A stretch of DNA of 64,000 bases from Orbicella franksi (lineage: Eukaryota), in the NCBI GenBank assembly GCA_964199315.1, contig OZ116699.1, positions 34,410,001-34,474,000 on the forward strand, in the 5' to 3' direction. The stretch's first letter is position 1. Every line of letters starts with the position of its first letter. Shown here piece by piece: positions 1 through 13,963 of the stretch. The translations under genes were made by a program, and so were the position numbers. The notes below the pieces were generated by a model, which saw nothing but the letters and a program-made list of their open reading frames with translations, did not search any database and was not told the DNA's origin.

Positions 1-364
1 CCCACAGCGTTGGAGGTTTTCCTTTGCTTTGAAACGAAACGAAACGACATAAACAGATCCTCCACGGAAACATCCACGCAACTCGCGAGTAATATCCGCG
101 GAAGAACTGGGTACAATAGAGGGATTACCTTGGACATAAGGCCTATATGGAGGATTCACTCTCTTACCTTGATAATCTCTTGAATAAACTCAGTACTGAG
201 CGGTGAAAATTGTCACGCATAATAATAAAATAAAGTACAGGAAAAGTAGCCTAAGGACACAACCTGAAAAAAGCTTCTCAACTTTGCTGAATATAACAAC
301 AAAACAACATAGCTGAATAAAACAAACAAAAACAAAATAACTAAGTACGAAAAGTAAACTGTAC

Positions 365-1905
365 CAAATTTTAAAGCTGTTTGGCGATGAACCTTGAACA
401 CAGTGAGCAGCCGTTAGGACCCATTGCTTATGAACAAGCGAGCCACCACAGAACTGAGCCCTGTCGGTTCGTAACATAGCCTGCCATGGAATGCTGTTCT
501 TCACTGTTTCCTGTCCACCAACGATTCGGGCACCGGAGGACGGACGGTCGCCACAAGGGAGTGGAGGGAGTGGATGGCCAGTCGGAGGTGGTGGGCCGGC
601 TTGAATTGGCAGAAGAACAGTATTAGATAAGCTGCAGTAAACTTTGATATATCTACAAAGTTTGACCTATTGTTCACTGCTCCAAATAATGACATTTTTT
701 ATTTTTGTACTCGGTTAAACAGAGAGCTGTTTTCTCCTCCGTTTCCCTCATTCGTCTCCTTTCTTTAGTGACTAGTTATTTGAAATAGGGAAGAACGTCC
801 CGCTTTGCTTCTTACAATGATGTAAATGACTAATAACAAAGGTAAAGTTGTTTCGAAGAGGCTTTTTATCGAGTTTCAGTTTAAATCATGCTAAATCGCA
901 AAATCTGGGAGGAATTCAAAACTCCAGAACTCGTCAATGAAGAATTAGTGTCAGTGACAATCATAGACAAAAAGGTACGTAATTACAACAGGGAATTACG
1001 ACATCTGAACAGAGCGAAAATGTAGTGTGCTAAGTCGGTTTGTTCCATCATGATTAGGTTACCATTAGTTAGAGAACATTTTGACACATTTGTTGATGAA
1101 TATTTGCTGTTCGTATTTTTTGCTTTCAGTTTTGCCTATGTAGTATCTCATTAGCAGTGAAGAACACTTTTATATTTTAAACCTCACCAGTAATTTTTAA
1201 TTGCAGATTAGCCCTAATAGGCTTTTCAATTGAAACCAGGCCCTGGAACATAAATGTGAGATACCACGCCTAATCTAACCCTCTAGAAAATCAAGTAATT
1301 TTTTATGTTCGTTTTACCCTATTTAACTTACGAGGGCAGTCGCCCGATCCTCCGGGACAGTCATCAAGAAAGTCCGGAACGGGATTACCTTAAACGAGAA
1401 TAAAAAGTAAAATTGATTTATTAATGCCTGCTATAACTCAGATGAGTACGAGTTAATTGCCGACAACAATGACGATGCAACAAAGAATTAACGGGAAAAC
1501 AAGAAAACTGCAATTTACCTAGAATTGAACTGCACACAATGATCGACGGTGCAAGTAGGGAAAAAAAAAAAAAGAAAAGAAAAGAAAAACATGCGGGGTT
1601 CCTAACTAGGACATCAGCTTTCGGAAACACAAACTGAAGCCATTAAACATCATCAGATGGAAAATATTTTCGATATCGCAAACAATGTTAGGGTACACGA
1701 GTTTGAAATGAGGAGCCAGTTTTTTCAGTACGGCTTTTCAATGAATCACCAATTTTACGAAGTATCATATTGGTAACTCTGCATCGATTATTTTTGCAAC
1801 TACCGTACTACATATCATTCTACGAAAATAGCAAGCTAAAACGCCATTTTCACTACCTTGAATCCCGGCAAACAATGTAACCAAGGTAAAAAGTACCAGA
1901 GTCAT
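365..1905 (-). CDS. Secreted trypsin/chymotrypsin-family serine protease (S1A), 5' part; continues beyond the left edge
   Basis: Exons 1905-1857 (signal-peptide-like [16 protein letters not shown]), 1388-1332 ([18 protein letters not shown]) and 599-365 ([54 protein letters not shown]). All joins are GT-AG and phase-consistent. The R-IVGG activation site and catalytic-His motif TAAHC are present. The Asp and Ser exons are not in the window. Confidence 0.9.
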
Positions 1906-4900
1906 ACTTATGAATGAGTTCCTTTGAAGTTCTTAGTAGTCGTGAACGACTAACTTCAATGGTAAGGCCTCAATTATCAGCTTACTTTTATAGCGCACAC
2001 GCGTTAATTTCCCCGATACCTCCATGACAACACCTTATTCTTACAGCTGTCCCTTTTTCTAAACCACCATTCAGCATTTGTTGACCTTGTTCGTGACTTT
2101 CTTTGAAGGGACTGAAAGATGTTTGTTAAATAAAATTCCACTAACTGGTGTACAACTTTCTGTACAATTTTAAGCGCTAGATCTATAGGCTTCTTAAACA
2201 CAGTGCATAAACAAAGGATAATGAGTTGTAAGCGATTAAAAGACTCGGCGTTATGTTTGATCTTTTGTTTACGATAATTTTGCCGGTTTTGAACCCACAT
2301 ACGTACGGAACACTTTCACTACATAGAGGAGTAACACCCATCGTGGCAGATCGATACCTTAAGGTGATAATACGTTTGGTTTACACATTGTTATTCCTGC
2401 TTCAAACTGTCCTGATAAGTCCAACTTTGATTCTCTTTTGGCAATCTGCGTGTCAATAAAAGACAAAGCACTGAAAGCAGAGTAAATAACCACCTAAAGT
2501 TCTTAACATGTTTGATCTAACACTCATGCATAAAAATATACACCTTACAATATTTCTAGTTTGATTCTTAGTCTACCAAATTTTGCGAGTTGTTGATCGT
2601 GATTATCAGTTACTCTTTAACACTTTTGTAGCGTTTAAAACGATTAAAAGTTGTTAGCTTATTTTTCCGTGAGTTTTTTGTACTACTATTAATGCTATCT
2701 GACACGCGTTAATAATAAACGACGTTTTTTTTAAAACGTTTAAATCATGTCAAGTTTACGGCTCAGTTTGCAATAACGCTCTTTCCACTTGGGTGAAATC
2801 TCTACTAACTGTTCATGTGTATAGGGCTGAGCAATACAAACGGGATTACACCTCCATACTAACTGACCGTTTTACTCAGTAGTAAGAAAGAGCTGAAGAT
2901 GTTCGTTTGTTTAAGCTTGGGGAGTTGGTCGTAATGCGTGCAGTTTTATTTGCTTCCAATCCTCTGCGTACAAATGAAGTATTAGTGCTAAAAGCCTATG
3001 AAACAAACATTTCACAGTTTGTAAAATGTTTCATTAAAAACAAACGATGTATAGTTTGTTAAAATTCTTGATTAAAAACGATCAATTCACAGTTTGTAAC
3101 ATGTTTCATTAAAACAAACAATTGATAGTTTGTGAAATGTTTGATTTTACCGCTTTTAGAAATTGTCATTTTTTTTTTCGATCTGTGTTCAAGTCGTTCA
3201 AATTCTCAAGGAAAAAGCCATTTCAACTTATTTGTTCATCTTGATGGTTATTTACTTTTTCTGTTTCTTGTTACATTAACCTAATGTTCAACGTGATTCG
3301 TTATTTGAAAAGAGGCTTCTCTAACGTAGCGCAGAAATAAATGATGACACATATATATTTTAATTAAGCAACCAATTAAACGTTCACAGCCCGTTTGATA
3401 TTACTGTTCACAATAGCTATTTTCGGCTTTGGGCACAAATTCTACAGCATAATTCCCAGCCATTTCCAGTCATTTCTGATAGGGGGTTTCAGCAGAGGTT
3501 GCAGATCTTGATATGATGTAAACAATAAAACTAATAAATGAGCATTACCATATATATATAATGCATTGTTGTAAGACATCACCTTTGACCATATATTTTT
3601 TTTTTTTTGTTAAAGATCGAAAGATCATGTCATTTACATCGTGTTCTTTAGGTGAAAAACAACTCAAAGGAAAACATTGTTAGCAAAGTGCTATTTGATA
3701 TACTCTAAAAAAGATAAGCATGCATTAATACAGTTTTTGTTATTACCAAATTATCATTTAAAAACCGCATTTCACATTTTATTGACGATGTTTATATGAT
3801 GTCGAGCACAACGAGCCAATTCGTCAAAATTCATTTGGGATCATTATGGCCGCGATCAAAACAACTAACAAATAAGCGCTTTTTTAGTCACTGGCAAATC
3901 TATCTGTTCCTTTCACCCGGCAGAATTATTTCAACCTCTGTTTTGCGGAAAACAGAAACGTGACGAGAAGCATGCGCACGGTTCTAATTCTAGGTGGTGG
4001 CGCATATGCCTATGAAGTGAAAACGTCTTTTATGTTAACTTTCTGTAGGTTGTGTCTACTTTTTGAAATTGCCAAAACCAAATAACGTTAAAGAGAAAAA
4101 TCAAAATATTGGCTTCCTTAAGTTCGAATTTGACAACTGAAAATTGGGTGCATTGTTTTTGACAGTGCTGCCATCATCTTGAAAAGAACTTTGCGGGAGA
4201 GAAAATAAACGAAAAGACGACTGTTTAGACAGCAGGTCTCCAAAGATACCGACTGGCAATCAGTGCAGTCAATTTTTAAGACGCCGTGGCAAATGGTGAT
4301 TTTCTTGCAGAAAAGCTGGACAACGAGTTTTAATGGTGAATGACGTGTAGTGAAAGTTGAAAGGGACAACGGAGGGTCCACAGAGTAAACCTAGCTCGAC
4401 AGCTACCTTATTATAAACTGCCTTAGACCCCGCAACTTGCTACCTAGCTTATAATACCGATAAAGTATAGCTACTCACTTTGGTATTAATTTCGAGTACG
4501 GCTTGACTTTTGAACATATTCCGGGACATTCTTTATGTTTTTCTTGGAAGAGTGTAGATCACAAAAAAATGAGGTCTAATTGTTGAATGTCCGGATGCTC
4601 GATGTATTATGTATAAGGCCTTACTATAACTCGGGCTCACCTCTACATTCATCTAAAAGCTACAGATGTAACTTTTTAAATAGCCAATACATATACCCCC
4701 TTGAAAACATTATACTCCCTCATTATTTCAAGGTTTTTCTTATCAGCTTTGAGTTAATTAAAAGAGGTGGACGGTGTATATTAGTTATTCATCATGTTCT
4801 TAATTTTAGGTACGTCCGAAGCTTATTTTGAAAAATAATCCCACTTCTGAAGATTGCACTTTTTTTTGTTACTAAGGTGTTGCTAAGGTGTTGGCATACA

Positions 4901-6482
4901 CTTAGTATACACTGCTGGCTGATCTATGACACACGGCGAATCCACCTCTCCCACAACTGCTTCTTCTTATTGTACTTAAACGAACCACCGTTGTCATTTT
5001 GATAAATACGTTTCTCTCCTTCATCAAATCCAGCGCTTAGCATGGAGTCGTGTCGATGGACTTAGTAGTCATAGGTGTTTAAACACATGTATTTAGAACA
5101 AAGGGGAACTTGCAAAGTATTCCGTTTATTCAAGAACTTCACTTCAAGACTACCTCTCCCTAGCGGACAGGGCCTACACAAGCAGGTTTGATTTTTAACG
5201 TAATATCAAAACCGAGCGTGTTTTATTGTAATGTCAGAACCGAAATTGAACTTTGAGAGAAAACGAGGCGACCGTTTCACATTCACATAAGCTTCGTTAC
5301 GTGCTAAATCTTGTAAAAATCCCTTCTGTTCAAGTTCGGAATCCGCTTTTATATTCAGTTTAATTCATGATTGTTCCTTCTGCGTTTATTTTTCGTTTTT
5401 TCTGTTCCCGTCGTTTACTGGACTTTAATTTTAGGCATTTTTCACTTTGAAGGAGATTTTCAAATTGGACCATCGTAGGTGCAGTCGCGTCTCATGATAT
5501 AGTTTATTTTTGTTGACCCTATCTAACATGTTCAATCTGACTTTTTAACAGTCTTTCTTTAAATGAATCGATGTAGAAATTGAACCAGTTATTGTAAATA
5601 GGTTCAAGTCTGCTATTAATGTATTTTAAAGGCAGTCGAATATCCATAAAAAAGATAAACAGAAAAATTCGAAATTATATTGATAAAACTTGAATTTTTA
5701 CTTGCCATAACAAAGCTAATACCCATCCGGTCCACCTATGGAGTATGGCAAGAGGCAATCACGATTTCAAGTAAATCGCATTTCAAACCATAGTTTCTGT
5801 GAAATAATAATAGATGGACCGACAGATGTACAATATTTTGACGAGATTGCTTTAAAACAGCGAGAGTTTTTTCTAAGATCATTCCCATCGTAGTTTTCGG
5901 GTACTCTTCATTGAACAAGGAGCAGACAGAAAATCAAGTTAGAGCTACAAATGGAAAACAAAAGCTTTCTGTTTTGAAAAAACTTCCTCCAGTCAGTGAT
6001 TTTGAAGATTATTTCGTTTAAAGTTCCGCAAATACGGAAAAGTTTGACGCAACTACCAGTTATCAGTTCAGTGTTTTGACTTAAGGATTGTTAATTCGCG
6101 AGGAAGATTTGTCTGGAATTGGCCGGAATGAAAATTGCCACTAAGGGTCACTAAGAAGTTCTTTGAACTAAACAAGTATCGTAATATTGACATATGAATA
6201 GTTTTCTTCATCAAGTGCACTATGCGTTTTATTGCTGTGAGCATCTGTTTTTAAAAAGTAATTGAATCTAGTAAGAAAGGTTTTGTAAGGCGGCATGGCG
6301 TGTCTCTGAACAATCATGAATTGACTTCGACAAACACCCAACGCTGGGTGTTAAGTTAAGTCTAATCATGAATGAAAAATGTGTCCTGAAACTAAAATGA
6401 ATTCATTACGCTATGTTTGATTTGACTCTTCTCTTTTAACGGAGACAGTAGAGTCGCCCAGTTTCAGTTCATGTTCTCCTAG

Positions 6483-9400
6483 GAATGCCATCGATTCTAA
6501 TGCAGAAGCTATCACATTCAAAGCGCATGACGACTTTCAAAGAAATCTTGTCAAGTCCGCTCTCTCAGCCGCGGGATTTAGAGAAATATCTGATAATAGC
6601 TCAGACTACGATACATTCCTACCATGTCCGCTGGGAACATTTTCCAATTCTTCCTCTCGAGGAGCTGATGGATGCAAAGAATGCCCGCCAGGTATGTTAG
6701 ATCATTCTTATAGTCTGTAAAGCCTGCAAGTTTTCTTTGCACTGCTCTACTCCAAGGAAGCTCCATGGCAGGCTTGTGTTTCTTTCCGAATAAAGTACTG
6801 CGTAATAATAATAATAAAAAAAACTACTAAAAACTTTGCAACGCCGATGATCTCGTTTTCCAAAGGCCAAAATCATTCTGTCTGCATGAGGCACAAGGAA
6901 TCGGGACGAAATGTTTACGGGTGGATACTGATACGTGGAATACTTCATAAATATCAAGCATCTTATACTCCTATTTTTGGACTTAGGTTGAACTTTCTTC
7001 ATTTTTTGTCAGTTGAGCCTGAAAAGTTCTTAAGTCATTCTTTATGTTCAAACATGTCCCTAAACTATCTTGGTAAAACCGAGATCTTTACGATTCTTCT
7101 TGAACTGCTCTAGTTAAATTGTTGTGCTTCCTTTTTCAGGCGGCTTTTACTCTGACAGTCATGTAAGCACAAGCTGTAAGAAATGTCCGACTGGCTCATT
7201 TGTTCCGTTTGATAAAACACCAGGAAAACTACCACATGTTTGCAAGTCGTGTCCTGAGGGTAAGCAACCGACTATAAACCGCATTATTATCATTGCGCTT
7301 TTATCAGGCCTTTAACAACTGAAAAACCATCATTCCAGTCAGATAGATCAATGTTATCGGTACATACTGACATTCATTACAACGCGATGCCCCATCATAT
7401 AAAATTAGTGAACAGGGGAAAAGGGTATAGCAATTCATTTAACCAGGACACACGTTGACAGTTAACTTTTCTAATTTTATCTGACACAAAGAGAAGAACA
7501 TTGAACAAGAAACATAGCTTGCGTCGAGAGCTTCCATTTCCATCGCTATCCAGCTGCAAATAAGGAGCAAAATTCTCCGAAAAATGCCAGCGTGAACCAA
7601 GGAACGTTTGAGCTGCAAATGTCGCGATGACCGCTCAATATCATGATCATATTATGTACAGGCTAAATTGTAGTATCGAGCAAACATTTTAAGCTATTTA
7701 TCATTATTTAGCTTGTCGACTTACTCATTCCCCATACCAAGATTAACGCGCTTTGTTTTCTTTTTGCGTCCTAAACAGGAAAAAACACTGATTACTTCGC
7801 TTAATATCGCGCTTGTAAATGCTTGAAAGGATTTTATCGACTCCATTTGTTCGAGAAATGTTACAAATGTGAAAATGGTGGACTGGAATGCAAGAATGAG
7901 TCTGCTTCTTTGAAGCCTGGTTATTGGTGGAAATGGCGCAACGAGACGTACAAAGATCGATACAAAGATTTTATTAAAAATCTTTTGGCGAATCAACCAT
8001 CGTCGGATGCCTACCTGGTACAGTTCCCTTATCCAATACCTGAGGCTCATAAATGTCTCAGAGGGGAATCTTGCAAATGTGGTTTGAATTGAAAAGGGGT
8101 ACGAACGACCCCTCTGTGGAGTTGCAGTTTAAACTACTATAAGCAAATGCAGACATGCAAGCGATGTCCGTCAAAGAAGTGGACTGTCGGACAGTTGTCG
8201 ATTATCCTTGTTGTACTAGCGATTATCATGGTGACTTTGGTGTGGATGGACTCGAGAAGTCTCTCTAATATATATAGACATCAGTGGTTCTATCGAACCT
8301 TAAGATCGTAATTGTTTTTTTATCAAGTCACTAGTGGTTTATTGCAAGCGTTTTCCTACATAAAATGACCAGACTCCCTGGAGGCCATCGCCAAGTATTC
8401 TGAAATACTCTAACTGAACATTCTTCAGATTACACCCCTTCATTGTCTTTTCCCGAGATCACACGTTGATGCGTTTGGAAGCCTGTTTGCGACCATGGCT
8501 ATAAACGTCACTGCTATTGGCCTTTTTGGCATTGGCTATAGTGTACGTATAAAGATTATCAACAGGAAAAATCTGGAGGACAAGAAAAAGTCAAGAAAGA
8601 TTTCAGAGACAAAAGAACTTGTGTACAGGAATTTGTTTTTAGTCCTGTATGTGGCGTATCTGAACATCTTTTCGAAGACAGGTGTTGTTATGCCACTTGC
8701 TTGCCACAAGCTTTAACGAGATGAAAAGGACGAGCTATGCAACGAGTATTTGAAAGCAGATTACAGTATACAGTGCCAAGGACCAAAGTATCACTACTTT
8801 CTTATGGGAGCGTACATTTCTATTGCATATATTGTGGCCCTACCTGCAGCCTCTTTTATCGCTCTTTGGAGACAACAAAAATTGATATTAACTGCTGGCG
8901 ACGCCAAGCGGATAACTCAGCATCCTGGAGGTAGCATGGAAATGATCACAGGAATGTGTTTTCTTCAAATTTTGAAAACTATAAACCTCGCTCATGGTAT
9001 TGGGAATGGGTTGAGATGTCTCGAAATGTAATCCTTACATCTGGTCTATCCTTGTGGGACGAGAGAGCAGGTCCTACATCGGCTTGGCATTGGTTATCGC
9101 CAGAATGTATGGAATACTTTTCTGCTGGATTCGTCCAATACAAGAAGAGTTCGACAACAAGCTGATGTCAGCTTCCCTTGTCGTTACAGCCTTTAACTTT
9201 AGTCTTCGGATTCATATGGTATGCATGCCTAATCGTGAAATTTTGCCGGTGCAATTCGGCGACATTTCAGACGAGTCTGTTCGAGCCATGCATGGTTGAA
9301 GCCGATCCTCGCCCGCATTTGTTGCTAAGTATACCTCCAAATATCATGCATGCAAATGCTAACGCCACGTTCTAGAGATCTAGATGGCATCGATCTCTTC

Positions 9401-10446
9401 AGGCGTATTGTTTTTCACTTGCGCACTGTCTTGAGAGCTTGCAGCTGGCGAGTCCAAACTTGGCACAGATGGAATCGTGATATGCACCCGATGGAAAATA
9501 GTAAGAAAGATTAGAAGTAAGATAAGAAATCTATAATCAAATGTTTCGATGTTGTCAGCTTATGTTCGACTTATTTTTATAACGCGTGAATCTACGGGCG
9601 TATTTCTCTGCCTAATTGTTATTGTGGTAGACACCAGATTGAGTAGTGTAAATTGGAGCCCTGGCCGGGGTCATTGGGCTATGCTACTAGGCACCTTACT
9701 CCAGCTTACACTGCCTCTCTTCACTGACTCAGTGATATAAGTGGGCATCTTCGAATTAAGTGCTTGGTGGTGACGGTAGTTTGAGGGGGGAGGGGGGCGA
9801 CGGTAAACCCTGCCGTGGACTATCATTCCATTCACGGACAGGTAGATTGATTACTAGTCGCTTAATGCTGAATTAACTGGGATACTCTCTGACGATAAGC
9901 GCGAATGTTTTACCATTTGCTGAGCTTCGACTGAAAAATTTCTGAACTGATTACTATCCATACTTCTAAACTTACCTCGAACTGTAAAGGAACTACCGGT
10001 AAGTGTGTGAATACAAAGACTTTTTACAAAGGAATTTCTTGTTATTGATCATTTGCTTTTTAGTCCAGTACTCAGTGAACCTATATCGCTACGTCAAGGA
10101 ATGGCGAAAAAATCCCCATTGGTCTTTTTCTTGCTGTCTGGTTTTGCTTCTCCCTCTCAACGATTTGGAAGGAGAAATTTTTGGTCTGGCTGAAACTGAT
10201 GCACTTAAAAGTCAGCTACAAACAGGAGAAACAGAAATGCCCACCATATTTTCTGCCGTGAAGGAGAGTGGCGCTGTTAATGTTACTCTTGAGAAAAGAT
10301 ATGATGGAACTATCGTTAAAGGAGCTGCAAATTGCAAAGACTCCGAGCACAATGAAGCAAAGTGCCACAAAGAGACGCAAACGGTAGTGCCTCTCATCAC
10401 TGCTGCTGCCATAATTCACAAGAAAGAAAAGGATACATACTTTTAA
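6483..10446 (+). pseudogene. Decayed cysteine-rich (CPxG repeats) ectodomain plus multi-pass TM receptor-like gene
   Basis: Exons 6483-6691 (..FLPCPLGTFSNSSSRGADGCKECPP), 7140-7259 (GFYSD..CKKCPTGSFV..CKSCPE), a large exon from 7779 (ACKCLKGFYR..LKPGYWWKW..FYQVTSGLLQAFSYIK..ENYKPRSWYWE..) and last exon 10064-10446 (QYSVNLYRYVKEWRKNPHWSFSCC..). In-frame stops (e.g. TAA 7802-7804, TGA 8090-8092) and several frameshifts between about 8090 and 9200. Family assignment is from my recollection of an expanded anthozoan family and was not searched. Confidence 0.75.
9640..9880 (+). mobile_element. Degenerate tRNA-derived SINE copy
   Basis: GAGCCCTGGCCGGGGTCATTG..GTGCCTCTCT..CCCTGCCGTGGACTATCATTCCATTC..CTAGTCGCTT, collinear with the better-preserved copy at 56921-57184, with a G-rich insertion. 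Confidence 0.65.
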
Positions 10447-10459
10447 TTCCAGTGAGTAT

Positions 10460-10628
10460 TAGCCCGCGTAGCAGGGGTATAAAGGGTAGGGGGTGGGGGA
10501 GGAGGAAGGGAATTCGGGAAAAAAAAACGGAGGAGTGGGTGGGGGAAGAGGTTAGGGTTAGGGTTAGGGTCAGGGTATTCTCTTCCTCCTCCCCCACCCC
10601 TCCCCTTTATATGCCTGCTACGCAGGCT
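10460..10628. mobile_element. Short MITE-like element with terminal inverted repeats and a purine-rich core
   Basis: Left end TAGCCCGCGTAGCAGGGGTATAAA and right end TTTATATGCCTGCTACGCAGGCTA are inverted repeats. The same right end recurs at about 13134-13158. Confidence 0.7.
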
Positions 10629-13600
10629 AAGTGAGTATAAATACTCCATAGGGGTAAAAAGCGCAAACAAGATGCCAAGCATGTGTTTGAACAAGAGAAT
10701 ATCAAGAAGCTTACCTCAGCTTGATTTTCTCCTGATTTAAAACATTACTGTTCTTGGGACAATTCATTTGCCGATACGCCTTGACCGCGGATCTGTTTCG
10801 GTGAAACAGATATTGACTGCTGTGAAATAAAGAGTTCTATGAACTAGGTAAGAAAAAAAAATTCAAACATTAACTTGTAATTGCAAGTTGTAAACTCAGC
10901 TCTGTAATGAACATTTTATTTTGAAATGACAAGAGAGGGTATCCACGATCGGAAGTATTTCAATTGATACCCTGTTAACGTCACCATCGTAACGTCGTTC
11001 GGATAATCTTTTTCAGCTTGGGCCTTATTTTGTTCATCTGTTGAATTTTTTAGTTGATTAACTCGTTATTTTAGTAGCACTCACGCCGCAATCATGATGC
11101 CATACCACACCACGATGACGTCCTTTCACGCCATAATGACGTCATATATTTGAAAACATCTGCCACCTTGGATCTCCCAGTTTCAACACGATATGCATTT
11201 AAACATATGCAGTGTCAGCAACGAGCTAAGTAGCTTGCTTTTAGGCAGGTCAGCAGATAAACCGACGTTTGACGACAAAATCAGTCAACCCTTCCCATCT
11301 AAACAAGTGTTAACTCTGGGGCACAGAAGGAAAAAAAGGTTTCGAAAATTGCGAAAGATTTTTGTATTGGAATGATAAAACACTTAGTAGTTGTTGATGC
11401 CTTCCTTGCTCTGGTTGAATTTTTCAGCGTTTTAATAAAATTTTCCGTTGCACTCGTTCACGCAGCAGCTATTAACTGTATATGATTCATTGCGGAGTTA
11501 TTATTTTTGTGCTAATTTTGGATCAACTGCTAAGGCGATTTCCCCATGTCGAAAATAAGATGGTGAATTTTTCTTTGTCTTCATTTTGCGTCTCTGAAAC
11601 AACAGGTAGATGTGTAATGTTGGTATCCGGTGCTAACAGCCGCTCAATGTTTTTTTATGTCTGCATGCAGGTTTCAGACCATTGATGAAAAGCTAATTCA
11701 AGATAGTAAGGAGTCTTCAAACAGTAAAGTAGTATATGACAAATCAAATGCGAAACCATGATAAAGAAAATTGTGAGCTGATCTTCACGGGACAGTCTCT
11801 TGCAAGGCATTTCAGTTCAAGTCAGTTAGCTACAAAGTGTCGCTTTGTAACATAACTGACTGGTCAGTTGGCAAACTCAGACTTTGGTTGGCTGCATAGT
11901 TGACAGGAGTCCATTGTTAAGATAGAGGGTCCATGGATTACACGGTTTTGTTGTTCCTCCATCAATAAATTAACTTTATCGATATTTTGTGTTAATTGAT
12001 CAATCAGTGGGTCATACTTAAACTGTTAGATTTGTCGCTCTCAGTTTTTGTCTTCTTTAGTAATTACTGAAACTTAAACGATGAAATGTGATTTTGATAA
12101 ATGTACATTTAAATTCGTATCAATTGATGACTTTGCCAGAAAGACTCCCTTTTCAGATGCTAAGCTAAGGGCGAAAAAAGACATATGCAACTTTTTTTAA
12201 AGAGAACAATGAATTGATCGATCGATTCTCAGTGTGAATTTATCGTTCCGCAAAATAGGTTTATCACTTTCTTCTGCTATGTAATGGGTAATATACTACT
12301 AAAAAGAAAAATTTGAAAGAGTGTCGTGGCTCTCTGTAAACTGAGAAATAACAGAAATGACATAATAAAAATAAATAAGAAATAACAGAAATAACATTTT
12401 GTAGGCCTGTAATAGATCAAAGTAGAAATAATAAACATCTAGATAAATAATGCCGTTGCCCTTTGAATTGAAAACTGAGAGCGAAGTCACGGACATGTAG
12501 TGGTAAATGTAGCCAGTAAAGCTTCCGAACCCCTGTCTGTTGTAGCTAAGCGTGGAGTAGCTTCTTTGCTTCAAATGGTTTCATTTCGTGCGTTAGGATT
12601 AGCTGCCAGAGAATAACCAAGGAGGAATCTGAGCATGATAAGCTCATTTGTAACATATACTGAGAAGGACACATTTCATCGAGTAAACAACACCATAGTT
12701 AATTTTGCTGCAACAAGACTTGATATAAATACAGTTTGTTCCAAGTAGTTAGGCAGCAAACGCTCTACTCTGATAACTTCAACTCCGCAATTTTAATGTC
12801 ATCAAAAACAACGTCCATTCTGTGAAACGCATCCACTACAAGGGCATAAGCCTAAATCCTGAAACAACAAATGCAAATATTTTAACGCACATTTCTAACA
12901 ACATTTTTTAAGCTTGCCCTGTAATGAACAAATCAAACATTTCAGATGGACCGTCAGCTGGGACAAAAAAAGTAGTCTGAATTTCAGCCGTCTCTTCCCT
13001 TTACCCCGAGGGGTAAATTCCGAGCGTTATAATGTCGTCTGGTGACGTCACGTACTATTTTGGATATGGTAGGCAGTTTTTGATTGATTATTCCCTTCCC
13101 CGAATTCTTTTCCTCCTCCCCCACCCCCTCCCGTTTATACGCCTGCTACGCAGGCTATATTCAAGGTGAGAATTTAATAATTGCCATTATGGCTAATCTT
13201 CGCTACGTTTCGTGACTATTAGCACTATTTAGTGTTAGCAAAATTTACCAAGAAAACTACCGTTAACCTCTTCGAGACTAAATAAATTGCGATGATTGTA
13301 GTAGGGTGTTTCAGGATCTAACCCTGCTACACCTACGCACTCTTTCGCGAATTCTGCCTGCGAGAACGTCCTGGACGAATGGAGGGTCAAAGACACTGGG
13401 TACAAGAAAAGCGCGCAAAGCATGCTACATCTTGGTCACCGACATCTTTCCATGTTTTCCTCGAGACGCAAGGGAATAGTTCGGTGGTCGTTGTTCGAGT
13501 TTTCTGCCCTTTAGACGTGTTATAGTTGCCGTGATTGTCAGTAGTCTGCTTCGGCAGCGACTTGGTAACAATTTCGCCGCACAAGAAGAAGGAAAATCAC

Positions 13601-13963
13601 AATTCTAATCAGAACAATCCAGGGAAATTCGCCAAGCAGCCCTGTACGTATGTAAAGATTTAATTGCAAAACTCCTTATAAATATAACGTTAATTAATCC
13701 ATAGTTCAGTTTTATATGACAGTGGTTAACTAGTGATTTTATCCTGCCACCCTTAACAACTGACGTGTTGCCAGTTATCATCCCGAAGTATCTGCAACGT
13801 TTTAGCATCCATGCGTGTTGGATAATATAATTCTACGTGAGAAGTTTACAATCAGCATATTAAAGCTTAAATGATCTTTCATTATCGGTTTTCGTGCAAA
13901 CGCGTTTGGTCATTTTTCATCCGGAATTTTCATACAAGGCTTAGATTTTTCTGTTGCAAGCCC

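Noticed and set aside
3010-3145. ~73-bp imperfect tandem repeat upstream of the protease
   Set aside because: An ordinary AT-rich local duplication with no further structure.
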